Source of the DNA: Leucoraja erinacea
Taxonomy: Eukaryota
Assembly (NCBI RefSeq): GCF_028641065.1
Contig: NC_073396.1
Span: forward strand, 16,306,001 to 16,370,000
Reading direction: 5' to 3'
DNA length: 64,000 bases
How positions within the stretch are numbered: position 1 is the stretch's first letter; the number at the start of each line of letters is the position of its first letter. A program made the translations under genes and the position numbers. Shown in pieces: positions 36,723-49,671 of this stretch. The notes below the pieces were generated by a model. The model did not search any database and was not told where the DNA came from. It saw only the letters and a program-made list of their open reading frames with translations.

Positions 36723-39111
36723 TGATCTGACAAGCAGAACCTAAAAGAAAATTGATTGGGTCATTAAACAAAATAGTCTTTTGTCATTTTCGTATCTGTG
36801 TTATCACAAAGTTCACCTCTCTAACACTGCTCAGTCCTGACTCTCCTTCACCTCAGCTGCTGCTTATGCCCAACTTAGTTATCTCCAGAACTGATATTTT
36901 ACAGGACTCTTGGCCAGTGCCCCTCATTTTATTCTTCATAAGACCGAAATCACAGCGAACACAGCAGGAATGTTGTGGCTCATGGCAAGTCTGTGCCGCA
37001 TTGGCTCCTGGTTTCAAAGTTTTTACTATTCCAATCTCTTGATAGATTTTCTTTGTAACTTCCTCCAATCCGGTATCCCCAAAATGTCCATGCTCCTTCA
37101 TATCTGATTTCTTGCTTATCTCAGAATTTTACTCCTCCGTCTTCAGCTGCTGAGATTCCAAGCTCAGGCCCTGGTGCCAGGTTTCGACACGTGCTGCTCG
37201 AGCTGCTGTGTTTCTCTAGCAGAATGTTTTATGCTCCAGGTTTCATTCCTTTGCCTCTTTTCTCCTTGAAGATGGTCCTTCAAACCAAGCTTTTCTTCAT
37301 ATGTGCTAATACCTGGCGTCAATAAGTTGCTTGATAATTTCCCAAAGCATCATATTTTTGTTTCATTAGAGTTGCTATATAATGGAAGCTGTCACCTTCA
37401 TGATAAAACCTTTGGAAAGACACTTAACAAGTGGCATTAACTCTGGGTACATATTATGCACTGAAATACCTTTCCTTTTTGCACATCTACATTATTTTGA
37501 CTATTCCTGGAAAATTAATTGCACAAAACATATGCAGATGGCCTTCTAACCTACTAAAGCTATAGTATCGCTTACAACAACTGAATGCTACTTTGTGCAG
37601 ATAGGATAAATTTTCACAAAGTGAGGATCATGCACGATTGGAAATAATTGAACTTGATCAAGTGGGGGAGAGATGGAGGGTGTGCACAATACTGGTGAAA
37701 GGCTGTGTCAGTGTTTTGGCTAACAAATGGGTTAACTATTTGGTTAACTAATGCTGGAGATATAATGAGTTTGCTTCTGGTGTAGGATAACTCATCATAT
37801 CCGTCAGTATTCTAGTCTTTATTTTGGAAGAGTACTAATATTAAACCAGACCTAATAGTCTGAATGGTTTCATTTGGTGCTATATTTCATTCTGTGGTCA
37901 AAAGATAAAAGTATAACTTTGTATCAATCCGAACAACTTTACGAGAGTTGTAGCCATTGCACTCACACAGCTGAGCAGAGTTGCGTATGATAAGTTTTAA
38001 AATTATTTTGTTTCCAAATTATTTTGGAAAATTAGTTCTTCAACTTGAAATGTTAACTTTGTTTCTCTTTCTACAGATGCCGCCTGAGCTGCTGATATTT
38101 CCAGCACTTTCTGTTTTTACTCCAATCTATTTTGTTTCTCTCCTTAATTTCTTTCCAGCAAATATATCATCCATGTGCTCAAGGCTACTGCATCAGCATT
38201 CCGTGAAACATCACACACACACACCTCCACATGACATTAGATTTCATAAAACAATGATTGGGCAGAAAAAGGTAAATACCAACTGAGGGACAGATGCTTA
38301 ATTCAGCAGTGTTGTTTCACCTGGAGCTAATAATATGATGGAATGAAAAAGCCTCAAGTTTTTTGGGAATCTATGCGTCTCTTATCAGTATTCATTCGTT
38401 GTCCTAGCACTCAACGGAACAACGGTAATTTATTTCTGCAGATACCTGATATTTGCGCGTACTCTCTCTTTCAAAACTCATTTACAATTCAAGCTGCCTT
38501 GCATCATTTATCATTAAGTGCTGTATTGCTATTTTTATTGTTGAAATCTTCTGCAAATTATCCTTTTCGCACAACGAAATAGACTGATAATGGGAGTTTA
38601 AAAAATGTTGTAATTATGTTAGTGTCATCTCATTCCACCTTTAGGCATGATAATATGCTGCCTGTCCCATGGCAGAAATGAAAAAAGCTCATAAACGTGC
38701 ACATTATTGTTACATAAATTAGGATTAGTAAGCACTCTGTGTTGGGACTACAATACTTGAAGCTTCAGGCTGAGGGAGATCACTGTTGCAACAGCTGTGT
38801 CGTCTGTGAAAACAGAATCTATTCACCAATGCTTGCAGTTCTGGTTTACAATGCTGGAAGGCGTATTCAGAAAATGGTTAATGTTCTCATTAAAAGCTTC
38901 AGGACATCCCCACTAATAGACATGGAGAGACATTTCATGCGTGACACCACCATCTCATTTTTTTGTGTGTCCAAATCACATAGTTCTGATATGTTGGGGT
39001 TTCATGTGGTCTATATTGATACTTTCAATGTTTCTCACAAGCTTTTACATTTCAGTTGTTCATGGTCCCGAAATTTGATTAATTTGAGATTGAATCATAC
39101 AAAAATGTCTG

Positions 39112-42100
39112 CATAGTCATGCAGCATGGAAACAGGCCCTTCGGCCCAACTTGTCCACACTGACCAACATGTCCCATCTACATTAGTCCCACCTGCCTGG
39201 GTTTGGCCTAAATCCCTTTAAACCTATCCTATCCATATACTTGTCTAAATATTTCTTAAATGCTGCAACACTACTTGCCTCAAATACCTTTCATGGCAGC
39301 TCGTTCCATACATCATCTACTCTTTGAGTAAAAAAGTTACACAGGTTCAAATTAATCTTTACCCCCTCATCCCATATCTTCTGGTTCTCAATTCCCCTAC
39401 TCTTGGAAGAGACTCTAGCGTTTACCCGATCTATTCCTCTCATGATTTTGTACACCTCTATAAGATCGCCCTTCATAGACTTGAACGACTCGCAAAGAAA
39501 TCATCTCTCACAGTCCACCTTGAAGCTTACAAACTCCACCTCACTGACTACAAAGATGCCCTCATTGCTGCAAAATCTGCCTACCTCTCCTCCATATTCA
39601 CCGATCCCTGCCAAAACCACAGAACTCTCTTCTCCACAGTGGGCAACCTCCTCAAGCCTCGAGCCAACACTCTCCGTACCTCTACTCCGGATCTCTGCAA
39701 CTCATTCCTCCACTTTTTTGCTGATAAAATCAGCACCATCTATCAATCTTTATCCCCTGTACCCGACTCCCCAGCATCTACTCCACCACCTACCAAGGCC
39801 CCTCCTTTCAACATCTCCACTGACCTCCTTACCCCTCCTCCACACTGCTTCCTCTCCCAGTTTGACCTGGTCACCCCTATTGAAATCTCCAAACTCATCA
39901 GCTCTTCCAAACCCACTACCTGCTCCCTCGACCCTCTCCTCACTCCCCTGCTGAAGTCCTGCCTCCCCGTTCTCTGCCCCTACCTCACTAATCTCTTCAA
40001 CTCCTCATTGTCCCAAGGAATTGTCCCCTCCGCTTTCAAAACTGCTGCTGTTACACCAATCTTAAAGAAACCTGGTCTTGATCCCTCCTCTCTCATTAAC
40101 TACCACCCAATTTCAAACCTCCCCTTTCTTTCAAAAACCCTGGAGCGTATCGTTGCGTCGCTACTTCATTCCCGCCTCCTTGCGTATAACCTACTTGAAT
40201 CCCTCCAATCTGGCTTTCGCCCCCTCCATAGCACAGAAGCTGCTCTCCTCAAAGTCCTCAACGACCTCCTCACCTCTGCTGACACTGGTTCCCTCAACAT
40301 CCTCATCCTCCTCGACCTGAGCGCAGCCTTCGATACAGTGAAACATAACATCCTGCTCATCAGACTCAAAGACCTCGGCATTGAAGGCTCTGCACTCAGC
40401 TGGCTCCGTTCCTACCTTTCCAACAGATCCCACTTCATCTATCTCCACAACCACACCTCTGCTACAGCCACAGTCACTCAAGGCGTTCCCCAAGGCTCCG
40501 TACTCGGCCCCCTCCTCTTCATCATCTACATCCTCCCCCTTGGTCAGATACTCCGCCACTTCAACCTGGACTTCCACTGTTACGCTGATGACACCCAGAT
40601 CTAACTCGGCACCAAATCCCCCCACAACCCCCCCCCCCCCCCCCCCCCTCATATCAACCCCTGTTTGTCAGCTATAAAAACCTAGATGCAACATAATTTC
40701 CTCAAACTCAACAGTGATAAGACGGAATTCCTCCTCATAGGCTCCAAAGCCACACTCAGCAAAATCAATAACCCCACTCTCACCATCGACGGCACCACTG
40801 TCTCCCCATCTCCCCAGGCCCGCAACCTTGGTGTGATCTTTGATTCCTCCCTCTCCCTTGAGCCTCACATCCGCCATGTCATTAAAACCTCCTTTCATCT
40901 CCGCAACATCGCCAAACTCAGACCCTCTCTCACACCTCCTGCTGCTGAAAGACTCATCCATGCCTTCATCTCCTCCCGACTGGACTACTGCAACTCACTT
41001 CTCCTTGGCATCAGCTCCACCTACATCAACCAACTCCAACTCGTCCAGAACGCAGCCGCCCGACTCATCACCCACACCAAATCCTGGCATCACATCACTC
41101 CAGTCTTCAAACAACTTCACTGGCTTCCCATCTTCCACCGGATCAACTACAAAATCCTGATCCTCACCTACAAAGCCCTCCACCATCTGCCCCCCCCATA
41201 TCTCACTGACCTCCTCTCCCCCTACCAACCCTCACGGTCCCTCAGATCCACATCAGCCGGTCTCCTCTCCATCCACAAGTCCAACCTCCGCAGTTTTGGG
41301 GACAGAGCGTTCTCCAGGGCAGCTCCCAGGCTCTGGAACTCCCTCTCCCAACTGATCCGCAATTCCGTGTCCCTCACCATCTTCCAGTCCCGCCTCAAGA
41401 CCCATCTCTTCACCTCTGCCTATCTTTAGCCCCACGTCCCCCTCCCTTTTCATCTGTGCTTGAATTGCCTCATATTGTGTTTTGTATTGAATTCTGTCTT
41501 TACTTTGTGTACTAGTCATGTCTCTACTATTTATTTAATTCCCCTTACATGTTTTTCCTCTACCTGCTAAATTTTGTAAGGTGTCCTTGAGTCTCTTGAA
41601 AGGCGCCCATAAATAAAATTTATTATTATTATTATCCTCCTACGCTTCGTGGAATACTTGCTCAACCTCTCCCTATATCTCAGGCGCTCGAGTCCTGGCA
41701 ACATCCTTGTGAATCTTCTCTGCCCCCTTTCCAGTTTTACACCATCTTTCCTATAACATGGTGCCCCAATACTCTAAATGTGGCCTCACCAATATATTAT
41801 ATAACTGCAACATGACCTCCCAACTTCCATGCTCAATATTCTGACTGATGAAGGCCAACGTGCCGAAAGCCATTTTGACCATCCTATCTACTTGTGACGC
41901 AGCATTCAAGGAGCTATGTACCTGCATGCCTAGATCCCACTCTCCCTACAACACTCTCTAGAGCCCTACCATTCATTGTGTAGGTCCTGCCCATGTTAGA
42001 CTTTGCAAAATGCAACACTACACATTTCTCTGTACTAAATTCCACCAACCATTCCTCAGCCCACTTTCCCAACCGATCAAGATCTTGCAGCAATTTTTGA

Positions 42101-42200
42101 CAGCCTTCTTCTCTATCCACCATTTGTGTCATCTGCAAACTTGCTATTCATGTCAGTCTCATCCAAGTCATTGATATGAGATGACAAACACCGAATCCCG
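39112..42200 (-). mobile_element. CR1 LINE split by the L2 insertion
   Basis: KGDLIEVYKIMRGIDRV..FFTQRV..WNELP (39291-39476) continues after 41635 (LQDLDRLGKWAEEWLVEFSTEKCVVLHF). Confidence 0.88.
39478..41634 (+). mobile_element. Young L2-clade LINE, 5'-truncated, RT pseudogene
   Basis: [81 protein letters not shown]; single frame with two stops; L2 stem-loop and (TTA)n tail. Confidence 0.96.
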
Positions 42201-42468
42201 AGTCATTTCATGCCATGTTATAGCTTGATAAAATATTGTCATTGCCAACCTTTTTAGCATCCCTTTCAATGCATCTACTTTTCACTTTTCACACATCGTG
42301 GCACCAAGTTACACACTCAAACCTTCTGACACAGTAGAAAATAGTTTTTTTTTTAAATAAAGTCAGTTGATACCTGAATATATTTAGCACTCTACTGGTT
42401 GAAGAGAAGTGCTTCTTACTGAATTACCAGGACAAAGCAGATACCAGCAACATTAACAGACAAAGAAA

Positions 42469-42600
42469 CAGTCTGAAGGAGGGTCTCTACCCGAAACGTC
42501 ACCTATTCCTTCTCTCCATAGATGCTGCCTCACCCACTGATATTCTCCAGCATTTTTGTCTACCTTGGATTTTTCCAGCATTTGCAGTTCTTTCTTAAAC
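42469..42600 (+). mobile_element. Solo Penelope pLTR-derived repeat
   Basis: Same layout as 19093-19226. Confidence 0.85.
42473..42500 (+). ncRNA. Putative minimal hammerhead ribozyme core (one box variant)
   Basis: CTGAAGG-A-GGGT CTCT ACCC-GAAAC-GTC; perfect 4-bp stem II and GUC triplet; A9 position is G. Confidence 0.45.
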
Positions 42601-43164
42601 TAAACGTCTAATTCTAAATGTTACGTTTACTCTCCTGGTCTTACACTTTCAAAAATAGTCTCTCTGTTCCACCACCCCACCCCCATCTTTTCTACAACTG
42701 AAAGCTAACCTGTTTCTCTCTTTCCCAGTTCCGACAAAATGTCATCCGGCAAATCTATCCCACCGCTCTCCCAAATGCTCGATCATATCTATGGGCAGTA
42801 CTTAAATCAGGCATCATCAGCTGTGGAAGATCTGTAGAATGCTCAAGGTCAGACATCAATATAGCAAGACATCTTTAAGCCTATACTTAAACTTTTTTCA
42901 TAATAAAATCCAACATATCATTAGTCCTCCTGATTGCTTGCATCCCCTGCACAGTTCACATAGGGTCCTTTGGAAGATGTTAATCTTCAGTCTGTCATCA
43001 TTTAAATACCAAAATACAACACTTGATCCTCTCAGCCAAATTGTTGACATGAATTGTGAATAGGTGGGATTCAAGCAGCAGCGCTTGCAGAATCTGACTA
43101 GTCATGGCTGCCACGACAGGAATACCCTTTTCCCATTCTTTAACCAGTTCTCAGTCCATGCAAT

Positions 43165-43304
43165 GGAGTGGGAGATTGCAACCTTCACGTGGTCCGCCCT
43201 GTTTCAACGAATGCAATCAACCTGGCGTGCGCAATCAAATAAGATCAAATAGAACAAGTTGTCCTACAACTTTGGGCTGTGCACACAATACGCAAGAAGA
43301 AGTC
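43165..43304 (+). mobile_element. Short retroposed 3' end with (AAG)n tail and TSD
   Basis: GTCCATGCAAT at 43154-43164 and 43305-43315; ends ACGCAAGAAGAAG. Confidence 0.75.
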
Positions 43305-43457
43305 GTCCATGCAATATAACATGCTAATTCCACGAGCTCAAACCATGTCGATCAACCTGCTGTGTAGGACCTTATCAACAACCTTCTGAAATTGTAAATA
43401 CATCATGCCCACTGGTTCCCCTTATCTATTCCATTTGTCGTTTCTCAATATATTACT

Positions 43458-43627
43458 CAAATAACTTGGAGGAGCTCACTGGGTCAGGCATCTTCTGAAG
43501 AAGGATCCTGAACCAAAAAGTCCTCTGTCCATTTCCTTCCACAGATGCTGCCTGACCTGCTGAGTTCCTCACGCAATTTGTTTTTTCCCCCTCAAGGTTC
43601 CAGCATCCACAGTTTCTTGTTTCTCTA
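43458..43627. mobile_element. Penelope pLTR copy with short inverted 5' arm
   Basis: GAGCTCACTGGGTCAGGCATC, then CTGAAGAAGGATCCTGAACCAAAAAGTC..GATGCTGCCTGACCTGCTGAGTTCCTC. Confidence 0.7.
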
Positions 43628-46397
43628 GACAAACATGATGTCATTTTCATCAATCTGTGCTGACTGACCAATTCTAATGTTTTACAAGATGAAATGTTAC
43701 TACGTCGGGAGAGGGGGTCAAATTTTTCCACTTTTCAGTCTACTAGAGCCTTTCAAGAAACTATCGAATGTTGAAGCATGATAACTAGTGCATCCACTAA
43801 TTCTAGAACTACCTCTTTTATAACAGGGATGTAGATCTTCAGGCTTTTGTGATTATTTCCCTTTTAGTCTCACCAACTTCTCTTGTATTCTTTAAAAAAA
43901 ACGCAGCTCTTCTCTTCTCACAATACCTTGGGTTCTTTAGTATTTCTGGTATTTGTTTGTGTCTGGCTTCAAGGAAGGCCCCTTTAGAACAAAATAGTCG
44001 ATTTAGCCTCTTCCCTGCAATATACTAGATTGGAAACAGCCTTTTTGTCTTATCAGTTCTCCAACGTATTGACATAGAACATCTAGTGTACCTTCCAAGA
44101 GTTCATCCTACACATTAATACTAATTTGTCTTCTCCAGTATCTACACAGATTGCAATCCTCCATGGTTACTATATTAACCCTGTTACATGCCCTTTCAAT
44201 TTCCCAATTTAAGTCTTGCCCAATAATAGTACAGGTAATACAATTACTATTCTAAATGATTTTCACCAATGTTTACTGCCCATTGCTGTTTCTTAGCTGC
44301 ACTCAAACTGATTTACTTGATAGCCATGGCTAGATCACGTTTCCTGTTGGGGTTTTTTCTTGCCTTGAAGAGAAATATATTATTTGTGAACCATGTATCA
44401 ATTCGTTAAAACCTACCTGTTGCTTGCTTTCTGAAATACCCTTCAAAGTGCATCTTCTGTCACAGTTAATTTACTCTCAATTGGGGACAAATAAATCGTC
44501 AAATGAATCTGAAATACTGGATGTTAAAGGCCATGCCAAATTGTTAGGATAGCCACAGGAGTGTTTCACTGGTCAGGAATTATTAGTGCTGCACGTATGT
44601 ATGCAAGAAAGATCAATTTCTATCAGGTTTTATTGAGCATTACAGGGAAATGACAAATAATAGTATTTATACTCCTAAAGAAATTGATGATACTTGGCAT
44701 TAACTGAAACATACAGAAAGAAGTGGGAGAATCAGTAGTATTCGGAACAAAAGAACATGAATGTTTCTTCATATGGCAACCTTCCAGCCATTGTATGGGA
44801 GGACAAATGTTCACCTACTCTATGTAAAATTGTAACGTATAATAATGAAAGAATTTTTCACAGTTACCCTATTGTATGCTCTGAACAAACAACTACATCC
44901 TTATCCAATCTCCTCTACCTCATATTGTGGATCTCATCTTTAAAATAATCAAACAAATGCATAAGCACTTATGCTAAAAAAAGTCAGAAAAAAATGGCAG
45001 TGAAGACGGGACTACTATAAAAATGATTTACCTACTAAGTTTTTAATGGAGTCTGAAAATAAATTTATGAAGGATCACAAACCATCCAAATTCCATTGCA
45101 AACTAGGCAGAACTCAAACTGTGAGGTTACCAGGCAAAAAGTTTAAAGTTCTTGTTTCTTGCTGTTGTTGCTGCTCCCCGCCCTTCTGTTCCCTCTCTCA
45201 CTCCTCCAATAATAAAAGCAGTAGGTAAATGTCGATATCTGGCACTTTTAAGAGCTAATTTGATTAGATGTTTGGCACATAGATTTTTGTGGGCGGGCTG
45301 GTCTGCCTCACTGACAAGGATTCACATCAGCAGGGGTTCTTATGGGGAGGATCAATGCAATGTAAGATTGAATTCAATTTGTATGTCAGCAGTCTGCAAT
45401 CACCAAGAACTACTTATCAGGGTGAGTTTCAATACATTGTTGTATCAGCTCTTGCCGATGGTCACTACTTCTGGTCAAAGATGTTTGTTTGTTGTCTAGG
45501 ATTTGTTAACGCCTTATTGAACTTCAAGACACAAGAGTCCACAGATATTACAAGACATTACATAAGGCCAGTCCACGATACAAACTGTGTAAGTGGAGAA
45601 AAATGATATAGAAAAATATCTGGCCACAATGATATGGGGAATATGGGATTAAAATAGATGTAAAAATACTTGCTGTTCAGACTTGGTAGGACAAAGGGCA
45701 TGTTTTTTGTACTGTATGTGGCTCTATGACATTTGAGATGTTAAATTTTCACCTAAATTCAAGACATTTTGGGAGATCCTTGACCAAGGAACAATATCTC
45801 ATCAAAGGGTTAGTCAGTAAAGCAAAGGTGGCCTTGTCTGAGATATGCAATTTCATAGAAGCCTTAGCCATACAGCTGGAAGACTCCTGGTTCCTACGTG
45901 CTCAGCAGCCATTTGTAGAATTATGTAGCTATTCCTTGCAAGCTAACAGCATAAATGGTGCCAAGTACCATGTCCTTGGCTCTGTACCTGTAAACCTCTT
46001 CCAGAAAATGACTATACAACAAATCTTATTAACAGGATTGAGCTATGCCTATCTCCAACAGCTAATCTTGCTGAATAAAATGAAATTCAAGGCAAGTGTC
46101 TTAACAAAGGCACTTATTGAAGCTTTACCTTAACACTGGTGAATAGCTGAGAATGGCATAGTTGACGCCAGCTTGGCTTTTGCCAAACAATAAAGGCATT
46201 TTACTCTCATTTCATTGCATTTAGTACCAATTGTGTGCTCCTACCAGTGTCCCCTACTCCCATCAATCATGTGTTTTTATTGCATTGGGTCCTGCTCCAG
46301 CTGAACCTCACTTGTATTTGTTTACAAGTCATTCTATATCTAACTATGTAACTGCCCTCCAGTTCCACAATTCTTTGAAATCTCTGCAATGATCCAT

Positions 46398-46450
46398 TTC
46401 TGAAGAAGGTTCGCAACTCAAAACATCACCCATTCCTTCTCTCTAGAGAG
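46398..46450 (+). mobile_element. Truncated pLTR copy with decayed hammerhead-like core
   Basis: CTGAAGAAGGTTCGCAACTCAAAACATCACCCATTCCTTCTCTC. Confidence 0.6.
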
Positions 46451-46639
46451 AGAGATCATAAGATCACACGTGATAGAAGTAGAATTAGGCCAACGTGGGC
46501 TGATCTATCTCTCCCTCCAAACACCATTCTTCTGTCTTCTCCCCATAACCCCTGATACTAATCAAATCCCTTTTTATTTAATGTAGAGTGCAGTATGTTC
46601 AGATGAATTACTATGTTAAAAGGGCTATACTGTAGCATG

Positions 46640-47765
46640 TTTTATGTAAAGAGGGTAACTAACAGAGAAAAGGGTCCCTCAGAAACCAAAGCGGTCATCT
46701 ATGTGTGAAGCCATAGGAGAAGGGCAAGTTTCTCAATGAGTAATTCTCTGTTTTTACCGTGGAGAAAAACCTGAAGGCTATGGAACTTGGGACAGATAAT
46801 GGAAATGACTTGAGCCCAGTCCTTATCAAGGTTGAGGTAGTGCTGGGTGTCCTAGGGCATATGAAGATTGATAAATCTCCCAGGGCTGATCATGGCCTGA
46901 TCAAATATATCCAAGGACACTGTGCAAAGCAAGAGAAGAAATTGCAGGAACCATGGCTGAGATACATGATTCATCATTAGACAATGGTGAGATGTCGGAT
47001 GACTGGAGAGTGGCTAATGTGGTGCCTATGTTTAAGTAGGGCTGCAAGGAAATAGACCAATGAGTCTGACATCTGTAGTAGGTAAGTTACGGGAGAGGAT
47101 ACTGCGGGATACGACATATATACATTTGGATAAAAAGGGGTTGATTGGGGATAGTCAACATAGTTTTGTACATGGGTGGTCATGTCTTAAGAATTTCATT
47201 GAGTTTTTTGAAGAAATAACCAAAAAGGTTAAGCCATAGATACTGTCCAAATGAACTTCAGCAAGGCCTTTGATAAGGTTCTGCATGGTACATTGCTCTT
47301 GCAGATTAAATCGCATTTAATCCAAGGAGAGCTAGCTAATTGGATACATAATTGGCTTCATAGACAGAAGCAGAGGGTGGTGGTGGAACGGTTTTTTTTC
47401 AGACTGGAGGTCTGTGACTAGTGGTGTGCCTCAGGGATCAGTGTTGGGCCCATTGCTGTTTGTATTTATATCAACAATTTGGATGAGAATATGTGAGGCA
47501 TGATTAGTAAGTGTACAGATGTACAAGTGCACGGAAGTAAACAGTATTGTAGACAGTGAAGATGGGCTGAGGAATGGTCAATGGAGTTTAATTCAGATAA
47601 GTGCATATTGCATTTTGGGAAGTCAAACCAGTGAAGGACCTTCACAGTGATTTATTGGGCCCTGGGGAGTATTGTAGCACAGAGGGATCTATGGGTACAG
47701 GAACATAGTTCCCTGAAAGTGGTATGCGATGATCAAGAAGGCCTTTGCTGCATTGGTTTTCATCT
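46640..47765 (+). mobile_element. Old CR1 LINE RT region
   Basis: [44 protein letters not shown], with many stops. Confidence 0.85.
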
Positions 47766-48027
47766 GACAACTTGGTTATATCTGGTCACTCCCCTCAAGT
47801 TAATACAAACAGCAGACAGCGGCATGCTGTATCTGTTGATTTTCATTATAATCTGTAATTTCCTCAAAATACCAAAACCAATTGAACAGAAATATTCCAA
47901 ATCACGCGAGAAATATGACATTTCATATTTACCAAGGCTCATTTTAAATTGGGACGCAGAAATTTCAGGAAGTCCGAAGAGTGAGAAACATTGCAAATTT
48001 GTTCAGAACAAATGTTATTGTACAATT

Positions 48028-48700
48028 GTTGGGCAGATGGGCTGAAGAATGGTCGATGGAATTTAATACAAAGAAATGTGAGGTGTTGCATTTTGGGAAG
48101 TCTAACATGGACAGGATCTACACAGTGAATGGCAGGTCTCTGGGGAGTTTGCAGGGCAGAGGGATCCAGGAGTGCAGGTACATAGTTCATTGAAAATGGC
48201 ATCACAGGTAGATAGGGTGGTCAAAAAGGCTTTCAGCACATTGGCTTTCATCAGTCAGAATACTGAGTATAGAAATTGGGAGATCATGATGCAGTTATAT
48301 AAAACGTTGGTGAGGTTGCATTTAAAGCATTGTGTTCCATTCTAGACACCTTGTCATAGGAAAGATATTGTCAAGCTGGAAAGGGTGTAGAGATGTTTTA
48401 CGAGGATCTTGGGGGGAATAGATCCGGTTAATGCACAGAGTCTCTTACCCAGAGTAAGGGAATCGAGAACCAGAGGACATAGGTTTAAGGTGAGGGGGGA
48501 AGAATTAATACAAACCCAAGGCGTAACTTTTTCACACAAAGGGCGGTGGGCATATGGAATGAGCTGCCGGGGGAGGTAGTTGAGGCAGGTATTATCACAA
48601 CGTTTAAGAAACATTTAGACATGTATATGGATAGGAGAAGTTTAAAGGGATATGGGCCAAATGCACGCATGTGGAACTAGTGTAGATAGGACATGTTATT
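48028..48700 (+). mobile_element. Old CR1 LINE 3' part
   Basis: RWAEEWSMEFNTKKCEVLHFGKSN; SRTRGHRFKVRG; GGATATGGGCCAAATG 3'UTR. Confidence 0.85.
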
Positions 48701-48749
48701 ACTGAGAATCATAGAAAATGCATGAAACTATTCTTAATATGTAAACAAG

Positions 48750-48843
48750 AAACAAGCTGCTGGATAAAACTGAGCAAATCAAACAGCATCTGCGGAGGGA
48801 AATGGACAGCCAACGTTTCGGGTCAGGACCCTTCTTCAGACTT
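48750..48843 (-). mobile_element. Solo Penelope pLTR-derived repeat
   Basis: CAGCATCTGCGGAGGGAAATGGACAGCCAACGTTTCGGGTCAGGACCCTTCTTCAGAC. Confidence 0.8.
48812..48839 (-). ncRNA. Putative minimal hammerhead ribozyme core
   Basis: Minus strand CTGAAGA-A-GGGT CCTG ACCC-GAAAC-GTT; both catalytic boxes intact, perfect 4-bp stem II. Confidence 0.55.
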
Positions 48844-49582
48844 ACTATGTGAAAATCAGCTGCTGCATTTTTAAATTATAGTTGTGTTTTAAGATTGTTT
48901 TGGAGGTTATGAAAAGCACATGGACTTAATTTCCTTTCTTACCGCAAGATTAGCTACAATTGTATTGCGCTTTCACTCGTTCCGACATATTGTGCAGATA
49001 AGATCCGAGAACAGAGAGGGAGACACAGGATGCACTTCAAAAAGCCATTCCAAATCTCAGGATTTATTGTTTATTATGACAATGTCTGTATTTCGAAAAT
49101 ATTTAATTAGCTGTGAAGCACTTGGACAGAGTCCATTGTCAAATAACAATCTTACTAATTCAAATTCCTTCTCTCCATAGATGCAGGGAGCCTTGATTCA
49201 TATACTTTGTCACTAATCATAGTGGTGTGGCTTTTAGGACTGGAAAATGCCAAGTGAGTAACAAAAAGATAGAAGGATCTAGATAAGAAAGGTAATGGCT
49301 GTTTAATGTCAAGAAAGATAAGGTTGCTCTCTTTCAGTGTAGCCAGGCTTTAAGGTACAAGCCAGAGTAGCAAAGAGCTGGGAGGCACAAGGACATGTTT
49401 AGTTTGGTAATCTGAAAAAAACGATAATAATCATTCGGGCATATTGCTATGAGTCAACAGTACAAAGCCCTTCTTGACCTGCCTTCACTCATTAAAACAG
49501 TGATCATCTTCCTCAGTCGTCCAGTTTCAATTCAAAGCTATCTTATCAATGGCAGTGGTTCGTCTGCCAGGTGTTCCTCCTA

Positions 49583-49671
49583 TCGAGAGATGCTGCCTGT
49601 CCCGCTGTGTTACTCCAGCATTTTGTGTATATCTTCAGTGTAAATCAGCATCTGCAATTCCTTCCTACACA
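49583..49671 (+). mobile_element. 5'-truncated pLTR copy
   Basis: GAGATGCTGCCTGTCCCGCTGTGTTACTCCAGCATTTTGTG..CAGCATCTGCAATTCCTTCCTACAC. Confidence 0.75.

Larger units (their letters stand above)
42760..43900 (-). mobile_element. Very degenerate CR1 LINE with nested insertions
   Basis: GGACCTTATCAACAACCTTCTGAAATTGTAAATA is the reverse of YLXFQKVVDKV; other decayed CR1 RT motifs. Confidence 0.5.

Noticed and set aside
39324-39477. N-terminus of the 426-aa ORF
   Set aside because: Antisense CR1 sequence that happens to be open and in frame with the truncated L2; not a real start
46140-46330. Possible LF-SINE similarity (CACAATTGGTACTAAAT on the minus strand)
   Set aside because: The match is too short, and the flanks do not follow the consensus as I recall it
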